From assembly GCF_009914755.1 (NCBI RefSeq), contig NC_060942.1: DNA of 64,000 nucleotides; one strand, written 5' to 3'. The notes below the pieces were generated by a model that was given only the letters and a program-made list of their open reading frames with translations, did no database searches and was not told where the DNA came from. Below, one piece after another: positions 13,249-27,085 of this stretch. Position numbers and translations under genes: made by a program. The stretch comes from the human T2T-CHM13v2.0 reference genome, Homo sapiens. The stretch's first letter is position 1, and the number at the start of each line of letters is the position of its first letter.

Positions 13249-13837
13249 CTCTAGTCCAACCTTGAAGATAGAATAATGCTTTGGTGAACAGAGCATACAT
13301 TTTGTTATTAGAGTAGAATGTTAATGAAAGGAAATACTGATAGATAAATTTATAGAGTTTTTTTTTTAATTATTGGCTAAGCATTTTGAATTTTTTCAAG
13401 GGAAATGAGTGCCTTTGAAGACATTTAAAGGCTTTTGAGACGAGAAGTTTTCTAAGATTTATCTGCCCAGAACCGATTGAAATGGTTAGGTAGGTGGGTG
13501 GTGGTGGAAGAGGGAGAGACAGATGGAAAAACACATTTTATTAGAGATTTACAAGTGAGATCCAAGTGCTCAGATCAGTCTGGTAGCAGTAGAATTGAGC
13601 AGACATAATCCATATACAGTTTTTACTTAGTGGAGACCCAGGTCATTCTGAATGGAGTGAGTAACACTTTGTACTTTTACCTTCCCAGCTAATGGCCATA
13701 ACTTTCACCCTAGTTGTCCCTAATGGCTTGCCAAATGTATTAAAATGATTTTGGAAAATAGTTTCGTGGGATGTAAGGTGAAGAAATTAACATTTGCTAG
13801 TTTCTTTCCTTAGAATAATAGTCTTAATCTTAGAGCT

Positions 13838-14196
13838 TTTATTAGTTCATTCTCATGCTGCTGATAAAGACATACCCAAGATTGGGCAATTTACAAAAGA
13901 AAGAAATGTAATGGATTTACAGTTCCACCTGGCTGGGGAAGCCTCACAATCATGCCAGAAGGCAAGAAGGAGCAAGTTATGCCTTACATGGATGGCAACA
14001 GGCAAAAAAGGAGAGCTTGTGTCAGGAAAACTCCCCATTATAAAACCATCAGATCTTGTGAGAATTATTCACTATCACGAGAACAGCATAGGAAAGACCT
14101 GACCCCATGATTCAATTACCTCCCACTGTGTCCCTCCCACAACATGTGAGAATTCAAGATGAGATTTGGGTGGAGACATAGAGACAAACCATATCA
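13838..14196 (-). mobile_element. THE1A/THE1B-type MaLR solo LTR
   Basis: attagttcattctcatgctgctgataaagacataccc...aattcaagatgagatttgggtgg...aaaccatatca; TSD gagct/gagcc. Confidence 0.92.
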
Positions 14197-14552
14197 GAGC
14201 CCTTTGAAAATTAGACAAAAGTATGGAATCTCCCTTGCGGGGGAAAAATACACTTATAGACAAGATTGTGAACACAGTTTCAGGGATTTGCAGATACCCT
14301 GAAAGATGCATAGATGATAACTTAAGAGTCCTTAGAGCAATATTTGGTCCTTAATGATTTAGTGTAGGCAAATTCTGAGTTGCAGTTACAGTAAATTCAG
14401 GTAGAAGTGATAACACTATAGCATTTGCTCATTCTGAGGAAAGGGAGATAACAATGAAACGATGACACTTGGGCTGGCAAAACTTTAAAGGAAGACTGGT
14501 TGGGAGTGAGGTTTTCTTTCCACTTAGTGCCTTATTTGTCACTCATGTACTC

Positions 14553-14896
14553 TGATATGGTTTGGGGGTGTCCCCACCCAAATCTTACCTTTAATTGTAG
14601 CCTCCATAATTCCCATGTGTCATGGGAGGGACCTGGTGGTGGGTCTTTTCTCATGCTGTTCTCATGATAGTGAATAAGTCTCATGAGATCTGATGGTTTT
14701 ATAAAGGGCAGTTCCCCTGCACATGCGCTCTTACCTGCCACCATGTAAGACATCCCTTTGCTCTTCCTTCATCTTCTGCCATGATTGTGAGGCCTCCCCA
14801 GCAATGCATAACTTTGAGTCCATTAAACCACTTTTCTTTATAAATTACCCAGTCTTGGGTATGTCTTTATTAGCAGCATGAGAACAGACTAATACA
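14553..14896 (+). mobile_element. THE1 (THE1C-like) MaLR solo LTR
   Basis: tgatatggtttgg...gagaacagactaataca; perfect 5-bp TSD tactc; short internal deletion near 14640. Confidence 0.93.
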
Positions 14897-15300
14897 TACT
14901 CTGATATTAATCAAGTAAGAATTTAACTGAAGGGTTAATTTACAATTGGGAAAAGAAACTATTATGGAAGACAGAATAATTTCGGAAATAAGCCTGTCTC
15001 AAACCGAGACTTAAATGTAATGAAACTGCCTTTGGTCCATGTAATTTTCCTAAGTGATATTTCAGGAATGTTCGCCAACAGCCACTTCATTTCATTATTT
15101 TTATAGTAACATAGGCAGGAAGTAACCAAGGTTTGATTAAACTTGCTTATATGAATGGAAGAGGCTGAAAAGTTGGTCAGGGAATAATTGCTGCTTTCAT
15201 TAATAATTTAGTTGGGTGGCTCCTTGATTCATACCTTTCCAGTTTATTCAGTAAATGCTTATTGAACATCTACTATATACCAGACTTTGACCTGTAGACA

Positions 15301-15431
15301 AGGTAACCATCCATGTAGTTTGTTCTGGGAAGGTCCAGACTAATGGCTATTAACTCTATGCAATTATTCTCAATATCATTTTTATTCTCAAAATTGTCCT
15401 GTTTTGAACAATAAATTAAGTGGTTATTCTA
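15301..15431 (-). mobile_element. MER94 hAT-Blackjack MITE
   Basis: aggtaaccat...ttctcaaaattgtcctgttttgaacaataaattaagtggttattct is colinear with the MER94 reverse complement. Confidence 0.7.
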
Positions 15432-15539
15432 GCTTTAGGCTATTTGGGGAAATGTTATCTCTGGGAAAAACTGTTTGGCCTGCCCAAACGTTTCTTACTC
15501 ATCAGTCCAAATTACATATGATTACTTGTAGTATTTGGA

Positions 15540-15661
15540 GTATAATACAAGCCTCAGGAAGATAGAACCTCATCCATTTTGTTCACCAATATGTCTCCTG
15601 GGCCTAGCTTATTGTTGAAATGTAGTAGATACTCAATAAATACATTTTATAAATGAATGAA
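15540..15661 (+). mobile_element. L2 3' end
   Basis: ttgttcaccaatatgtctcctgggcctagc...tagtagatactcaataaatac...aatgaatgaa. Confidence 0.75.
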
Positions 15662-16499
15662 CCATGTAAAATACTTCACTATTGGAGAAAATGGCTACCA
15701 CTATAGGTATCCAAAGGACTAAGAATAGACTATGCTCTGCAGGTCAGGCTTAACTTGAAGAAAATTAACCAAAAAAATCCAAAAAAGTATATTAATAATT
15801 CAAGAAAATGATTTTATTATCTGATTGTATTTTAGAAATACGATTTGAATGTGTTTATTTTGGTTTTGAAGTCAATTTCTTAAGTAAATGTAAAGATATT
15901 AAAATGTTTGCCTTGGTTATGAAAGGTTAGGTGACCAGCTATTGTTGAAGTAACCATGTAGAACATTAGAATTTCACTGTGGGCATGTTGTGAGGCAGGG
16001 ATTAAATATCCATGACTAAGGGAATTAGTGAGCACCAGACCCAAAGTATGTCTTTCCTCCCTCCCTTCTTTCCAGTTGTCAGGATGTTACAGTATATAGA
16101 TATTATATTTTGAAGAGGTGACCTAGGGTATATGAGCCGTATTCTTATTTTACACAGAAATACATCAAGCTTGGTTATCTTGTTTCCCAGCCTCCAGAAG
16201 ATTAGAAGCAGAAAGTTAGAAAGAAAGCTGTTAGAGTCAAACAGATTTATGGTAATGGGAGAGATTGCACAACCACAAAAAGGAGGCAAGGGATTCAAAA
16301 AGCATCATTTCTGAGGCCGTTTGGGAAAGAGATAAAGAGCCTCACACGCCCGGTAGCCCCAGAAAGCCTCACTGTGTTAAACCAGCTCACAGCAGTTGTC
16401 AGTAATGATGGCCTCAGGCAATCGGAAAAGGTTAAAGTAGGTTTATTGTGCTCTGTTCAATAAGAGGACATAGTTTATAATCCACTTCAGTGGTGCTGG

Positions 16500-17050
16500 T
16501 GTTTTATTTAAGCTCTTTTGGTTGCAAGTAATAGGAGGACCAAAATACATCCTAAGAGAAGTGTGTGGGCGTGTGTGTGTATGTATGTGTGTGTGTGTGT
16601 GTACCTAATGACTACAAATTGCAAGTAAAAAGGTATAAGTGGTCAAGAACTGAGTCGGCTCGTAGGGCTGGGTCCTGATTTTGCAGGTCCCTGGTGTCTT
16701 GGTTTATGTATCTCTGTTTCTGTCTGAGTCTGATCCCTTGTTGCAGCTAGGCATTACCTCTTTGGGCTCTTCTCTCTAGGCCTCTTTTTAGTTTGAACTT
16801 CTGCTTCTGTCTTCTCTCTAGGTGATTCTGATAAAATTCCAAGAGAGATAATGTGATTTTTCCAGCTCATCTGTTCACACTGGCAATGTCACGGCTTGTT
16901 GATTATCCTGTGTTTTACCTGCTCTGAATCAGTCCTTTTCCTGCCCCAGTTTGCAGATAGAGGGAGTGAGTGGCTTTGGTTATCTGGCCTGATTCTGATA
17001 ATCCACTAAGCAGAAGCTGCAGACAAGCTGTTTTCACAAGGACTCAACTA
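16500..17050 (-). mobile_element. Old ERVL LTR remnant (LTR33/LTR41-like) containing a (TG)n tract at 16561-16602
   Basis: ctcttttggttgcaagtaatagga resembles the LTR33-class terminus; heavily diverged. Confidence 0.4.
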
Positions 17051-20000
17051 AAGGCATTGCAGATACCTAAACAAATCCAAAAATAGATCAATGTTTTAAA
17101 GTTTTGAGATTTAGTTCAATGAGGTTCAGTTACCTGAAAAATATGCTTTAGGTAGAAATACATTCCATTACCATTCTACAAATAAAACCCTACTCTCTCT
17201 ATATTTCATATCAATTCAGGGTTCTAATAAAATATTACTAACTTTATTATGCATTATGTGTCTTTTTCCCCAAAATTATTCCGAAAGAAGTTCTGTGTTC
17301 TTCCTATCCTATGTTACTCACCCATAAGCACATTTCCATTATCGTCCTTGATATTCGAGGGTTGGATGTAATTGATCCATGGCCTCTACCATTTCCTCCT
17401 CTTCTCCTTATTCCCTACTCAGACTTAGCAAAACAGGGGAAGATGCTTTTACATCTGGAGCAGAGCATCACTGTTCCAACAATGGGTGAACGTGAGCTGC
17501 CGTTGTTGCCAATACTGGGTTTTGCAATAAGTGCTCAGAACAGTGATTCATGTCACAACATAGTACATGCAGGAAATTATACTAGTGGTCCAGTACAATA
17601 AGCCTTAGCACATGTGTCACCCATTTACACACTTGGTTAAAGGCATAGAATGAATTAAATAAATGTAGGTCAGAAATCTGTTTTCAACAAAGAACCAGGG
17701 AGAGAATGGCAATTCTTTTATACCTCAAGAGTAAAGACTAGGTGGGACACACTTATAAAACGTTAGTACAACTTGTACAGAGATCCTGATTGAGGCTGTC
17801 AATTTAAGACATCTCAGGTAATTTTAATGACAAGACTAGATATAAAAACAGAATTAGCATTTTGAAATAAACAACAATGGTGGCCCAATTTTGGGTGCAG
17901 CACTGTGTGTGCATGTGCCCAGCGAATGTGCATGCATTGGTGTGTCTGTGTACATAGGCACAGGCCACCCTCTCCTTGTCACAGTACACGCACCACCTCC
18001 TCTCTATCACCAAAACATATAGCTACCCTCAAATAAAAGAGCAGCTAAGCTCTTGTAGAACATGACGTATTATATCAGCATAGATTTCAGTATTTCAAAT
18101 TATTCCTGGAATTAATTCACTAAATAACCCAGGTAGTCAAAGCACAGATCCATTAGGCTCGGTAGAACACATTCTTTAAATGTTAGTACCATACAATGAA
18201 TATTTGATAAGTACATCATTAATAAACCTTGGTGTGACATAATTGATATGTGGATGTTTAATGACAATTCCAAATGATGTAGCACATGGCATCCACTCAT
18301 CCCTCAATCATCACGCAGGTTGCCCCTGTACCATGCGATGGGCACAATTGGAAAGGCAAAGTCTGATCTTCATTAGTGGCTACCCATAAAAGGTTTTCAT
18401 TACAAGATAAATGATTATAGCCTGGCTTTATTAATTAAGCATGCATTTCTGCAGACCAAAGTAATTGAATAAAATGGCTAGTAGCTTTTAAACTACACAA
18501 AATCTTAACATCTCAAGAATAGATTCTACTTTCAATCTGTGCCTTTAACCCTCTATTATTTGAGAATACATGGCAACTGAATTTAAACTGTTGCCAAATA
18601 CTGACTAAATTTCACATACGAGATTTTTTTCCTCTAACATCTTGCTCTGTGGCTGTCATGATAAACGGATTTGTCTTTCCTTTCATCTAATAACCTCAAA
18701 TTCATCCTGACCCTACTCTCAGCCTTGAGGAACATAACCCCAGAATATGTACAGATTAACTATAGAAGCATTGGTGCTTACAGAAATGAAATGACTTGTT
18801 ACATCTTGAAAGAGAATTAGTGGCTGAAGAGCAGGTCACTAGAAGTCCTTTATTCAGTTGTCACTGAATCACACCTAGGAAACGACCTCATCATCCATGC
18901 TCAAGTCCTTCTTTATTTTGGGGTCAGGAAGGATGCTTCAAACGTGATATACCCATGTAACAATTCCCTTTCTATCTCTGACTGCTTCAGTGAGAAAAAT
19001 AAGAATTCTTAGAATATCAATTTTAAAGTAAAAAATATATATCTACACCAGGGAAGACATTTTTTGCTATAATTTTTTTACATATACAATATCTTGGAAT
19101 AAAAGAGCTCTAAAACAAAAGCAGTAAATTTTGCAAGATCATTATGTTTCTGATTGCTTGGCACATAGGAGCTGTGAAAGCAAAGTTTAAAATTCATTTT
19201 TACTCAATGAGAACACACATGACTTAGTGCCCACAAAAAATCCCTCAGGATAACTTTTTTAAGTAGAGCAAAATGTATATGTATATAATATATTCTACCA
19301 TGAAGCATCTAAAATTAATTTTATAAGATCAGAGAATATTCTGGCAATGAGACAACTTTTTCTCCCCAATTCTGCTTTGAACTAGTTTTTTTTTTGTATG
19401 ATCACTACCAGAAATAATTACATTATTAAATTAATTCCACTCCTATTGACCGTGGTCACTAAACAGTTCATCAGCTTACGGTATTAACATAAAATAGGAA
19501 GCTTGACCCTCACCTTGTCGAAAATACTTTTATTTGTAGTGTTTTTACTTGAATTTATTGATAATTACTTTTATACTTTATGAGTATGCTATTGATTCTT
19601 CTGCATGCCTTTCAATGGAAGCATTAACAAACATTTAGCTTTGAAGGTGACATTTTAATTTCATTTCTAACATTTGTAAGGACTTTGACACTAACTCCCA
19701 CCATAATATTTTCAATCCCATGAAGAACGAAACATTTCCATAGTTTATTGTCTACATTTCCATTGTAATGGCCAGGTGGCTGGTATTAGAGTAGCATGGC
19801 ATACAATTCCAGTATTAACTAAAAATACCACTAGACTATTCAAATGACTCGTTTTGCATTAGTGCAATTGTTTCCAATTGCGTTTCATCATGTTTTATTC
19901 ATCCTAGTTTCTTCTTGTTGTAGCATTAAACTATATATTATGAATTTAATGTATATAGTAAAGCTAAAAATTCCTTTTATGAAGTATTAAGTGCTGCCAT

Positions 20001-20519
20001 AATTCTTATGTTTATTTTTAATCATTTTTAAACCTAAGATTACAAGCACAGATTTAGAGATAATTCTGATTTAATTTAATTAATTTATTTGTTTTGTTTT
20101 CAAATATGAGAACCTTCATCATCGTGTTTCAATGAGTCTCCTGAAATAATAAATTCAAAAAGAATTTATTTTCTCTTATTTCAGCTGAGCTCTCTTTGCT
20201 GCAAGTCTTTTATTTACATCATCCATTTTTCATCCTTGATTATTCAGAATCACCAGAGAACCATCTTACTTCTGAACCATGAGGTTATTATTCAAGACCT
20301 ACTACTATGCTGAAGAATTCTTCTTTCTTCTTTGTCCCAACCAGATCTGACTCTGTCACTCACCAGCTACATGACCTGGAACAATGGTTTCTGCATGTGT
20401 AACATAGGAAAGCTTGAGGGCTCAATGATCCTCAGAGAATCAAATTTGGCCAGTGGCCTCCAATTCTATGTGTTATGGCAAGACTCAGGTACAAGTCAAG
20501 ACCTTTACAGGGGCAATTC

Positions 20520-20734
20520 AGCATGGCCTGGTTGTAATTCCAGTTTTTCTACTTAGTAGCATTGTGATCCTCGGCAACTTATTTAAACTCTATGTGCCAG
20601 TGTTTCCTCAACTGTAAAATGGGGTTATTATTATTCCATAGAGTTTGTTATAAAAACCAAATATAGCAAGTACTGTGTATCCGAGGTACTAAAAACAGTG
20701 CTTGGTGCATGGTAAGCATCCAATGAATGTTAGC
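20520..20734 (+). mobile_element. MIR
   Basis: gtgatcctcggcaacttatttaaactctatgtgccagtgtttcctcaactgtaaaatgggg...acagtgcttggtgcatggtaagcatccaatgaatgttagc. Confidence 0.85.
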
Positions 20735-21614
20735 AAAGGATTAAACGTCCCTAAGGAGTAAAAAGATTATGGCACACTCCATCCCTACCCTACTTCCGTA
20801 TGTAAGTTAAAATCAAAATTCTGGTATCTCCATATGGTGACTTTTGGAAGCTTTAGTTGAAATATGAAACAAACAAACAAACAAAAAAAGGTTAACTTTT
20901 GGTTTTCCTGCCTTAGCTTTGCTGGTGCTCTAAGCCAGAATATCCTGTAGCATGTGCTGCATCGTATCAAGGTATGAAAGACAACTATCACTCCCTTCCT
21001 AGTCCTCTGTTGAAAACAGATTTCTGTTTTATATTTATTTAAATATATTGTAGGTGTCCATTTATGAAAATAATATTTATCTAAGGATGAAGCTTCAGAT
21101 ATTTCTGGAGGTCTTATCCTTATGAATCAAGTTTCAGTCTTATAGTGATTATTATTGCTATTGTTACTATTATAATTGTGGTTTCAAGTAATAAATAGAC
21201 ATTATATTGCATTTGTCATCATTTATCACAAATAAGTACCCAGGTATATATTAATGAAATTTCCTGTTGCTTTCCTGAGTGCCTTGTTCTCTAGAATAGT
21301 AATGATGGAAAGCAGACCCTTTCCTGGCACACATTTAAGATATAGTAAAGGTTATTCAAATGCCAGTTATTTTAATGATAACTTTGTTAGTGTACCAAGT
21401 TTATCACATATTAACATGGTTATACAATATAGTTTAACTATATCTAACGATATTAAGGTTTAAAAAATAAATTTGACTTTCATATTTTATTTTTAGTAGG
21501 CCCAATGTATGACATGATTTTAAACTTATTGTTGTTTGAAGATATAAATATTTGGGCAAGTAAGAGGATATGGAAGACACATTGCTTAAAGCTGATGACG
21601 GTGTGTTGAATTAC

Positions 21615-21790
21615 ATATAGAATTCCTGTGGATAGACCCTAACTGAAGAGATATCTGGTCTGACTCCTTATTTTGTAGCTAAGCCACTTCAGAAAATGTA
21701 ACTAATCAGCCACAAATCGCAAAGCTGGAAACAGAATTCCCTGTTTTTTGACACCAAGTCTGAGGTCTTTCCAATGTAAAGCACTGCTTC
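21615..21790 (-). mobile_element. MIR3-like fragment
   Basis: atctggtctgactccttattttgtagctaag...gacaccaagtctgaggtctttcca. Confidence 0.45.
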
Positions 21791-22791
21791 CCAAGGTACT
21801 ATTCCCAGAGAGAATTTATCTAGTATTTTCATTTTTCATACTTGTTTTTTTTTTAAAAAAATAGTATTTCCACTCTGGTTTGTATTGAAGTGAATAGAAT
21901 CCCAATTATACTTCACTTTATGGAAATGCAACACATGAAGAGCTTTTTGTATGAGCTTTTCATTTCTGGTTCTCTTTGTCACAAAAGGCTCTTCACTTTT
22001 GTAGTTGAAATCATTTGTAATTATGAACTGTGCTTTTAAAAAATTCATCAATGAAATCTTTGATTTTGAAATGAGGTGCCAGAAGAAAGGCAGAAGTGGG
22101 ATAAGTGGAATTTAATGCAATATGATAGAGAAATAGAGAAATCACAAACGAGAGGCATCTCACCTAGAGCAGTGTCTCATAAAGCAGCTGGAAAATGAAG
22201 ATAATGCATTTGGTCATGTTTTGGAGTTTATTATTCAGTATTATTTGAGGTAGGAGTGCACAGAAAATATCTTTATGCCACACATTAAATATTTTTCATG
22301 TATCAAATATATCTACTATACAAGATTTAGAGATGATGGGCACAGGGGGTCACCAACACAGTGATGGAAGACACACAGTTTTAAATACTCAGCTGTATTT
22401 AATTATATTTTATTTTGTTGTCTTTAATTCTGACCTGCTATATGGGGTTTTATGTCAGTATCATAAATGTGCCAATATCTGTTAATAACATCCTTAAGGT
22501 ATATGTTAGTAAACGGCCAAAGAAAGAGGACTGAATTAAGTATATGCTTAAGATGGTGAGAGTGAGAAGAAATTGAACAAATATTTTTAAATGTGGATTT
22601 CAATAAATGTACTTCCTTACACAATACCTGCAATTAATTACAACTCACATGACTTATTTCACCAACTCAGAGGTAAATATGATCATATGCACTTATTTAA
22701 TGTTACATTATCACTCAAATTCCCATTGACTTGGGAAATCCAAGTTATCCTCTCAAAGATCTTGCCCACCCCTGACAGTTTCAACTGGTTA

Positions 22792-22835
22792 AAACAAGCA
22801 AGCAAGCAAACAAACAAACAAACAAACAACAAACA
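22792..22835. repeat. (CAAG)n(CAAA)n tetranucleotide repeat
   Basis: aaacaagcaagcaagcaaacaaacaaacaaacaaacaacaaaca. Confidence 0.9.
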
Positions 22836-24325
22836 GAAAGAACTCAGAGCAAAGTGGGTCTGTCCTGGCTCCAAAAGCTAGTCTCTGAGAGTGCTGGAGT
22901 CTGATCTGTTCACTTCAGCTACAGGCGTGGATGCGGCCACATGGTTTCACTGACTGAGACAAGCCCAGCACTGGCACACAGAAGCCTATCTCTGATGTCC
23001 TTGGTGGTCCAAATTTTGACCAAACCTTGGTCAAACCTCTCCACAGCAAGTCCCAGGGTTTCATTCTGCTTCATATCTCATGTTAACAGAGATCTTGGTC
23101 CCAGTCACACGGCTGCAGGGGCTGCCCCTGGGGCACCTCCACCACCATCCTGGTCCTGACAGTAGTTTATCCCATGATCCTTCAGCCTTCTGATTGAGCC
23201 AGGGTCACTGACCACATGTCTTTCACATACATTATTTCAGGAGACTCATTGTCCCCCCCTGACTGCGTGTCTTAGGGGTACTGGGTGCAGTACTCTATGT
23301 CGTTCAATCTTAAGCAGCAGAGGTTGGATTTCCTTCTTCCCACAGCTATTAGGTTTTGTTATCAAAACATAAATTTCTTATCCCTTCTGAGCACTTTGAA
23401 AATCAGAGAAACAGAGAATGCCTATGAGTTCCTCTCTTACACCCTTTTTCTTTTCCTTCCCCCATCCTACTCCTAACAAGGGGTTTCTTTTGACCCAAAT
23501 TTGCCTAATTTAAGAATACAGCACCAGAGATTCATTCAGAATAAAGAATACGTGCTTCAATGAAACAGCTTGACTATATTCCTTATCTAGAAGATGCTGG
23601 CATAAAAGTCTATATTACCTCTACTCACTATTTAATCTTTGCTGTAACAGGCATTGTGCTACATACAGTTTTTAAAAATTCTCTTCTAAGAAATAACAAA
23701 AAAACTCCTTTAGAGTTAGATTAGCCTAGTCAGCTCTTATTCTTGAAAGGGAGGAGAGTTAAAAAATAAAAACATTTAATTGTCTTTTATTATTGGTTTT
23801 GACTAGAATAATTATGTCGCTTGAGCCTGAAACATGGAAAGGGGAAGTTCAAACCTAACAACTTCTTCTATACTAGGCCATGTGATTTGCACACCAATGA
23901 ATGTGCTTTAACTCTCAGCCCTGAAGCCGCCTGTAAATTAGTTCTTTTTTTTTGCCCTATGGGTACAAAAGGTTCATAACATCAAAACCTTATGCCACCC
24001 TCTCTACCCACAGAATTCTCTGATAACTCTCACATCATCAACTTACCCTTTATACTAGATCGTTGTCATTTCTTTTCTTTAGAATTCTTTTTTAACTTTT
24101 ATTTTAGATTCAGGGGTACATGTGCAGGTTTGTCATATAAGTGAACTTGTTCCATGTGGGTTTGTTGTACAGATTATTTTGTCACCCAGGTACTAAGTCT
24201 AGTACCCAACAGTTATTTTTTCTGATCCTCTTCCTCCTCCCACCCTCCACCCTCAAGTAGGTACCGGTGTCTGTTGTTTCCCTCTTTGTGTCCATATGTT
24301 CTCATCATTTAGCTCCCATTTATAA

Positions 24326-24660
<335 letters not shown>

Positions 24661-24773
24661 CAGTATTTGGTTTTCTGTTCCTGCATTAGTTTGTTAAGGA
24701 TGATGGCCTCTAGCTCCATCCATGTTCCTGCAAAAGACATGATCTCATTCTTTTTTATGGCTGCATAGTATTC

Positions 24774-24824
24774 ATATATATATATATATACACACATATA
24801 TATACACACATATATATATACACA
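24774..24824. repeat. (TA)n/(CA)n compound microsatellite within L1
   Basis: atatatatatatatatacacacatatatatacacacatatatatatacaca. Confidence 0.9.
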
Positions 24825-25403
24825 CCACATTTTCTTTATCTAGTCTACCATTAATGGACATTTAGGTTGATTCCATGTCTTTACTATTGTGAATAGTGCT
24901 ACAATGAACTTACGTGTGCATATTTCTTTATGGTAGAGCATAGATCATTCTTATCAACACACAGCCTGAGATATTTTCCCATGGTAATAAAATCAAAATC
25001 ACACTCCTTTGTTCTCACTTCCTGCTTTAGATATTGCCCCTGCTCTGCTTCTCTGTATATCAAAACTTACTTTAAAAGTTTGTCATACTGTTTCTAACTC
25101 ATTTCTTTTGATTTTTTTTCTCAAATCATCTGTAGTCAGGCTTTGCCCCTTTCTCTGCACCAAAACTATTCTTGATAAGGTTTCCAATTGTCTCCATATG
25201 GCTAAACCCAATACTGCATTCTGATTCTGCTTTTAGCTAACCTCTCCATAGCATTTGATCTAGCTGATCACTCCCTCTTTTTTTCAACACTTTCTTTACT
25301 TAGCTTCCAAGATAGTAAACTCTTCTGGTCCTCCTATTTCCATACTGGTTGCTTTTTAGTTTATTGCTGGTGTCTCTCCATCTTTCTGATCTCTAACATA
25401 ATG

Positions 25404-26608
25404 TAGTCATATGTCACTTAACAACAGGTGTAAGTTCTGAGAAATGCATCACTCGGTGGTTTTGTTTTCTGTGAACATCATAGAGTGCACTTACACAAAC
25501 CTAGATGGTATAGCCTAGTACACACCTAGGCTATATGGTGTAGCCTATTGCTCCTAGGCTACACATGTGTACAGCACGTTACTATTCTGAATACTACAGG
25601 CAATTGCAACAAAATGGTGTTTGTGTATCCAAAATATCTAAACATAGAAAAGGTACAATAAAAATTCTGTATAAAAGATTACTAATGGAAGATCTACATA
25701 GGGAATTTACCATGAATGGAGCTTACAGGACTGGAAATTGCTCTGGGTGAGTCAGTGAGTGGTAAATGAATATAAAGGCCTAGGACATGATGTACACTAT
25801 TGTAGATTTTATAAACACCGTATACTGAAGCTGTACTAAATTTATAAAAAATTATGTTTACTTCTTTAGTAATGAATAAATCTTAGCTTACTGTAATTCT
25901 TTTGCTTTATAAACTTTTAATTTTTTTAACTTTTTGACTGTTTGTAGTAACACTTAGCTTAAAACACAAACACATTGTACAAAAATATTTTTATTCCTTT
26001 GGATCTTTGTTCTATAAGCTTTTCTCTATTTTAAAAACTTTTTATTCCTTTATTTTCGTCTTTTTAGATGAAGACACAAACACACACATTAGGCTAGGCC
26101 TACGCAGGGTCAGGGTCATTCATGCCCCTGTCTTTCACCTTCACATGTCTTCCCATTGGAAGGTCTTCAGGGTCAACAGCAGTCATGGAGCTGTCCTCTC
26201 CTGAGATAATATTACTTCTTTGGGAATACCCCCCGAAGGACTTGCCTGAGGCTATTTTCCAGTTAACTTTTCTTTTTTTAACAAGTAGAAGTCATACACT
26301 CTAAAATAATGACAAAAGGTATAATATAGTGAATACATGAACCAGTAATGCAGTCGTTTATTATCATTATCACGTATTATATACTCTACATAATTGTATG
26401 TGCTAGATTTTATATGACTGGCAGCACAATAGTTTTGTTTGCAACAGCATCACCACAAACACATGAGTAATACATTGTGCTATGATGTTATGACAGCTAC
26501 AACCTCACTAGGCCATAGGAATTTTTCAGTTCTTGTATAACCTTATGGGACCACTGTTGCGTACATTGTCTGTGATTAGCTGAAATGTCATTATGCAAAG
26601 CATGACTG
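25404..26608 (+). mobile_element. Tigger3b (TcMar-Tigger) non-autonomous DNA transposon, about 1.2 kb
   Basis: TIRs tagtcatatgtcacttaacaac...gtcattatgcaaagcatgactg followed by TA; internal acttacacaaacctagatggtatagcctagtacacacctaggctatatgg. Confidence 0.9.
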
Positions 26609-27023
26609 TAGCTCAGGACTCAGTCTTGGACCTCTTCTCTACCAAGATTTATTCGTGGTGATCTCCTCCAGTATCATGGCTTTAAATATGCTTAAGATAC
26701 TCCGATTTTTATCTCCAGCTCAGACCTCTCCCCGAAACTACAGTCATTTTTTCAACTGTGCACTGGAAAGTCTAATAGATGCATCAAAGGAAACCTGTCC
26801 AAAACCCAGCGCCTTATCTTCTTTCCTGAAACTGCTCCTCCTGTAACCTTCTCTGAGTTGGAGGAAACTCAGTCCTTTCAATTGCTTAGGGCAAAACTTT
26901 GGTACCATTTTTGACTCTTCTGTTTTTTTCACACCCCATATCTAATCCATCAGTAAATCCTTTGGCCGCACCTTCAATTTATACCCAGAATTCAACTGCT
27001 TGTCAGGATTTGTCCCACCAAGG

Positions 27024-27085
27024 TAGGAAGTTATTGCCATAAGCACAATAAGAAGTGATAGTGTATTTATGGCAATAACCTCATA
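27024..27085. mobile_element. 62-bp palindromic mariner-like mini element
   Basis: 13-bp perfect inverted repeat gttattgccataa / ttatggcaataac with TA at both ends; interrupts L2. Confidence 0.6.

Larger units (their letters stand above)
12150..13650 (-). mobile_element. Old L2 remnant hosting the MSTA and MER1B insertions
   Basis: Degenerate antisense L2 3' motifs (agtgctaaagatagtgagg...aagatagcttttgccttcaa) continue after the inserts. Confidence 0.45.

Noticed and set aside
14548-14907. Apparent 11-bp direct repeat tactctgatat around the THE1 LTR
   Set aside because: Explained by the normal 5-bp TSD plus a chance match of the flank to the LTR start tgatat.
16311-16417. ctgaggcc/ggcctcag inverted repeat
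   Set aside because: 8-bp arms about 90 bp apart with no further pairing; expected by chance in 64 kb.
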